The translations under genes and the position numbers were made by a program. The notes under the pieces were generated by a model, which searched no databases, was not told where the DNA came from, and was given only the letters and a program-made list of their open reading frames with translations. DNA of 63,456 nucleotides, the filler included, from Hausera hauseri (taxonomy: Eukaryota), in NCBI GenBank assembly GCA_046269625.1. It is 10 parts of 10 records of this genome, joined end to end, with 100 filler letters (N's around TTAATTAATTAA, not from the genome) between each part and the next. Parts side by side here need not be neighbours in the genome. Positions count along the whole stretch, not along the records: positions 54,232 to 63,456 come from JBJURY010424364.1; 9 more parts are not named here. One strand, 5' to 3'. Positions 62,231 through 63,456 of this stretch are shown piece by piece (the stretch's first letter is position 1; the number at the start of each line of letters is the position of its first letter).

Positions 62231-63456
62231 TTGCGTTCGAATAAGGTTAATAAGGAAAGGAAAACATCGTCAATCGTAACCAGACAGATATTATATGTAC
62301 AAATAATTCTCGCCCTATCGCTAATCGCTTCTTATATACCCAAGGTGAAATCAATAACTAGAACTGAAAAACTACGATACTCAATGAAAAACAGGGATAT
62401 CCAGAACATGCAACCACTTAGAGTACACGATATGGATTGGAGCAAACCATGTGCATGGTTTGAAGCAAGCAAAGCCGTACAGAGCTATGTAAAATTTCAA
62501 ATAATATTTGTAACTAGATATACGATGGGAACATGTGATTTTCCGTACGGACATCACAAAAGATGTGGTGATTCGGATTTTGGACAAGCCTACGGATACA
62601 GATTTCAAATGTTTTATTCTAATCAGTTTGGAGCTCAAGCTTATATAATTGCAGAACTCGTAATTAGAATGCCCCAACGAAAGGACGTAAGCCAAGCCAA
62701 GACGGACGAAATAATCCGAAGCTCTGACCCGTTTAAAAGACTCTTAGATTATAACATTATGGGGATTTACAGGGAATTAAAGAATCAATGTATACGGATT
62801 GAAATCAAAATAGAGCTGCATGGAGACAGACAAACATCTGTCCGATTTATAGCATTAAATGCTTCGATCCCTACTCTGGTGTATTGTTATCTGGCCAAAC
62901 GCCGATCTACTACCTGTTGTGTAATAAAACTAGGACAAGAGTATCAGTTGCAACTTGATTTGTTTAATACGTACCCCGGAGAGCAAAGCACTTATTTAAG
63001 AGGATATCGTCCGAAAAACGTAATATGAAAACTTCCATCCCCAACCACTACGAGAAAACTGTCCACTGCTCCGAGTACAACTCGCACTACTACGATCGTC
63101 ACTTCAGACGAAATGTCAGGTAGCATACCTATTAAAATTTTGGCAAAAAGCTATAAAATTCTATTTTTCGCTGAAGAGACGTTAAATCAAGACGTCAAAA
63201 TTGAATGTCGCACCCTGCACACTAACCAAGTTATGATCCTGAGGAAGAGTATCCAGGAAACTGAATGTAGATCATTACGATTGCAACACGATTATATAGT
63301 CAGAATCACAGCAAAGGGTAAGAACCCAAAACTTATACAGTGCGGAATCTAGACGACAAGATCGAAGTAATGCAGTATGGAGATCTTAGTACGCAAAATG
63401 CTTTTACCACAAAAGGTTCTATTGAACCAAGCAGTTTACCGACGATAGCCATATTG
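62231..63456 (+). CDS. Putative second surface/env-position protein downstream of integrase (signal peptide, Cys-containing, Thr-rich stalk, FN3-like); internal stops, truncated at window end
   Basis: Hydrophobic ILYVQIILALSLIASYI segment; ORFs 62231-63028 and 63113-63352 share a frame and are joined by PSPTTTRKLSTAPSTTRTTT. Confidence 0.5.

Overview
This window is not one locus. It is ten unrelated eukaryotic contigs joined by 100-nt artificial spacers (44 N + TTAATTAATTAA + 44 N): 1-4816, 4917-9192, 9293-16512, 16613-22160, 22261-27641, 27742-37449, 37550-44132, 44233-48181, 48282-54131 and 54232-63456. Most of it is degenerate animal mobile DNA: an hAT-like transposase interrupted by a maT/Tc1 element, two CsRn1-like Gypsy copies, a spliced tyrosine-recombinase-like gene, an EnSpm/CACTA element, Polinton/Maverick remnants (pPolB with a TBP-like gene; packaging ATPase), RTE LINE debris, and fragments of Dscam-like and DNAL1-like host genes. 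The standout is a large Ty3/Gypsy family seen in three contigs (5, 7, 10). In it a chuvirus-like class III fusion glycoprotein lies UPSTREAM of, and apparently in frame with, protease-RT-RNaseH-integrase. It is preceded by gag (CCHC), a long unknown helical region and a ubiquitin-like domain, has candidate PTAP/LYPxnL late domains in the G-PR linker, and carries a second signal-peptide surface-protein ORF after integrase. All copies are pseudogenised. All family calls come from motif recognition by eye, not from database searches.
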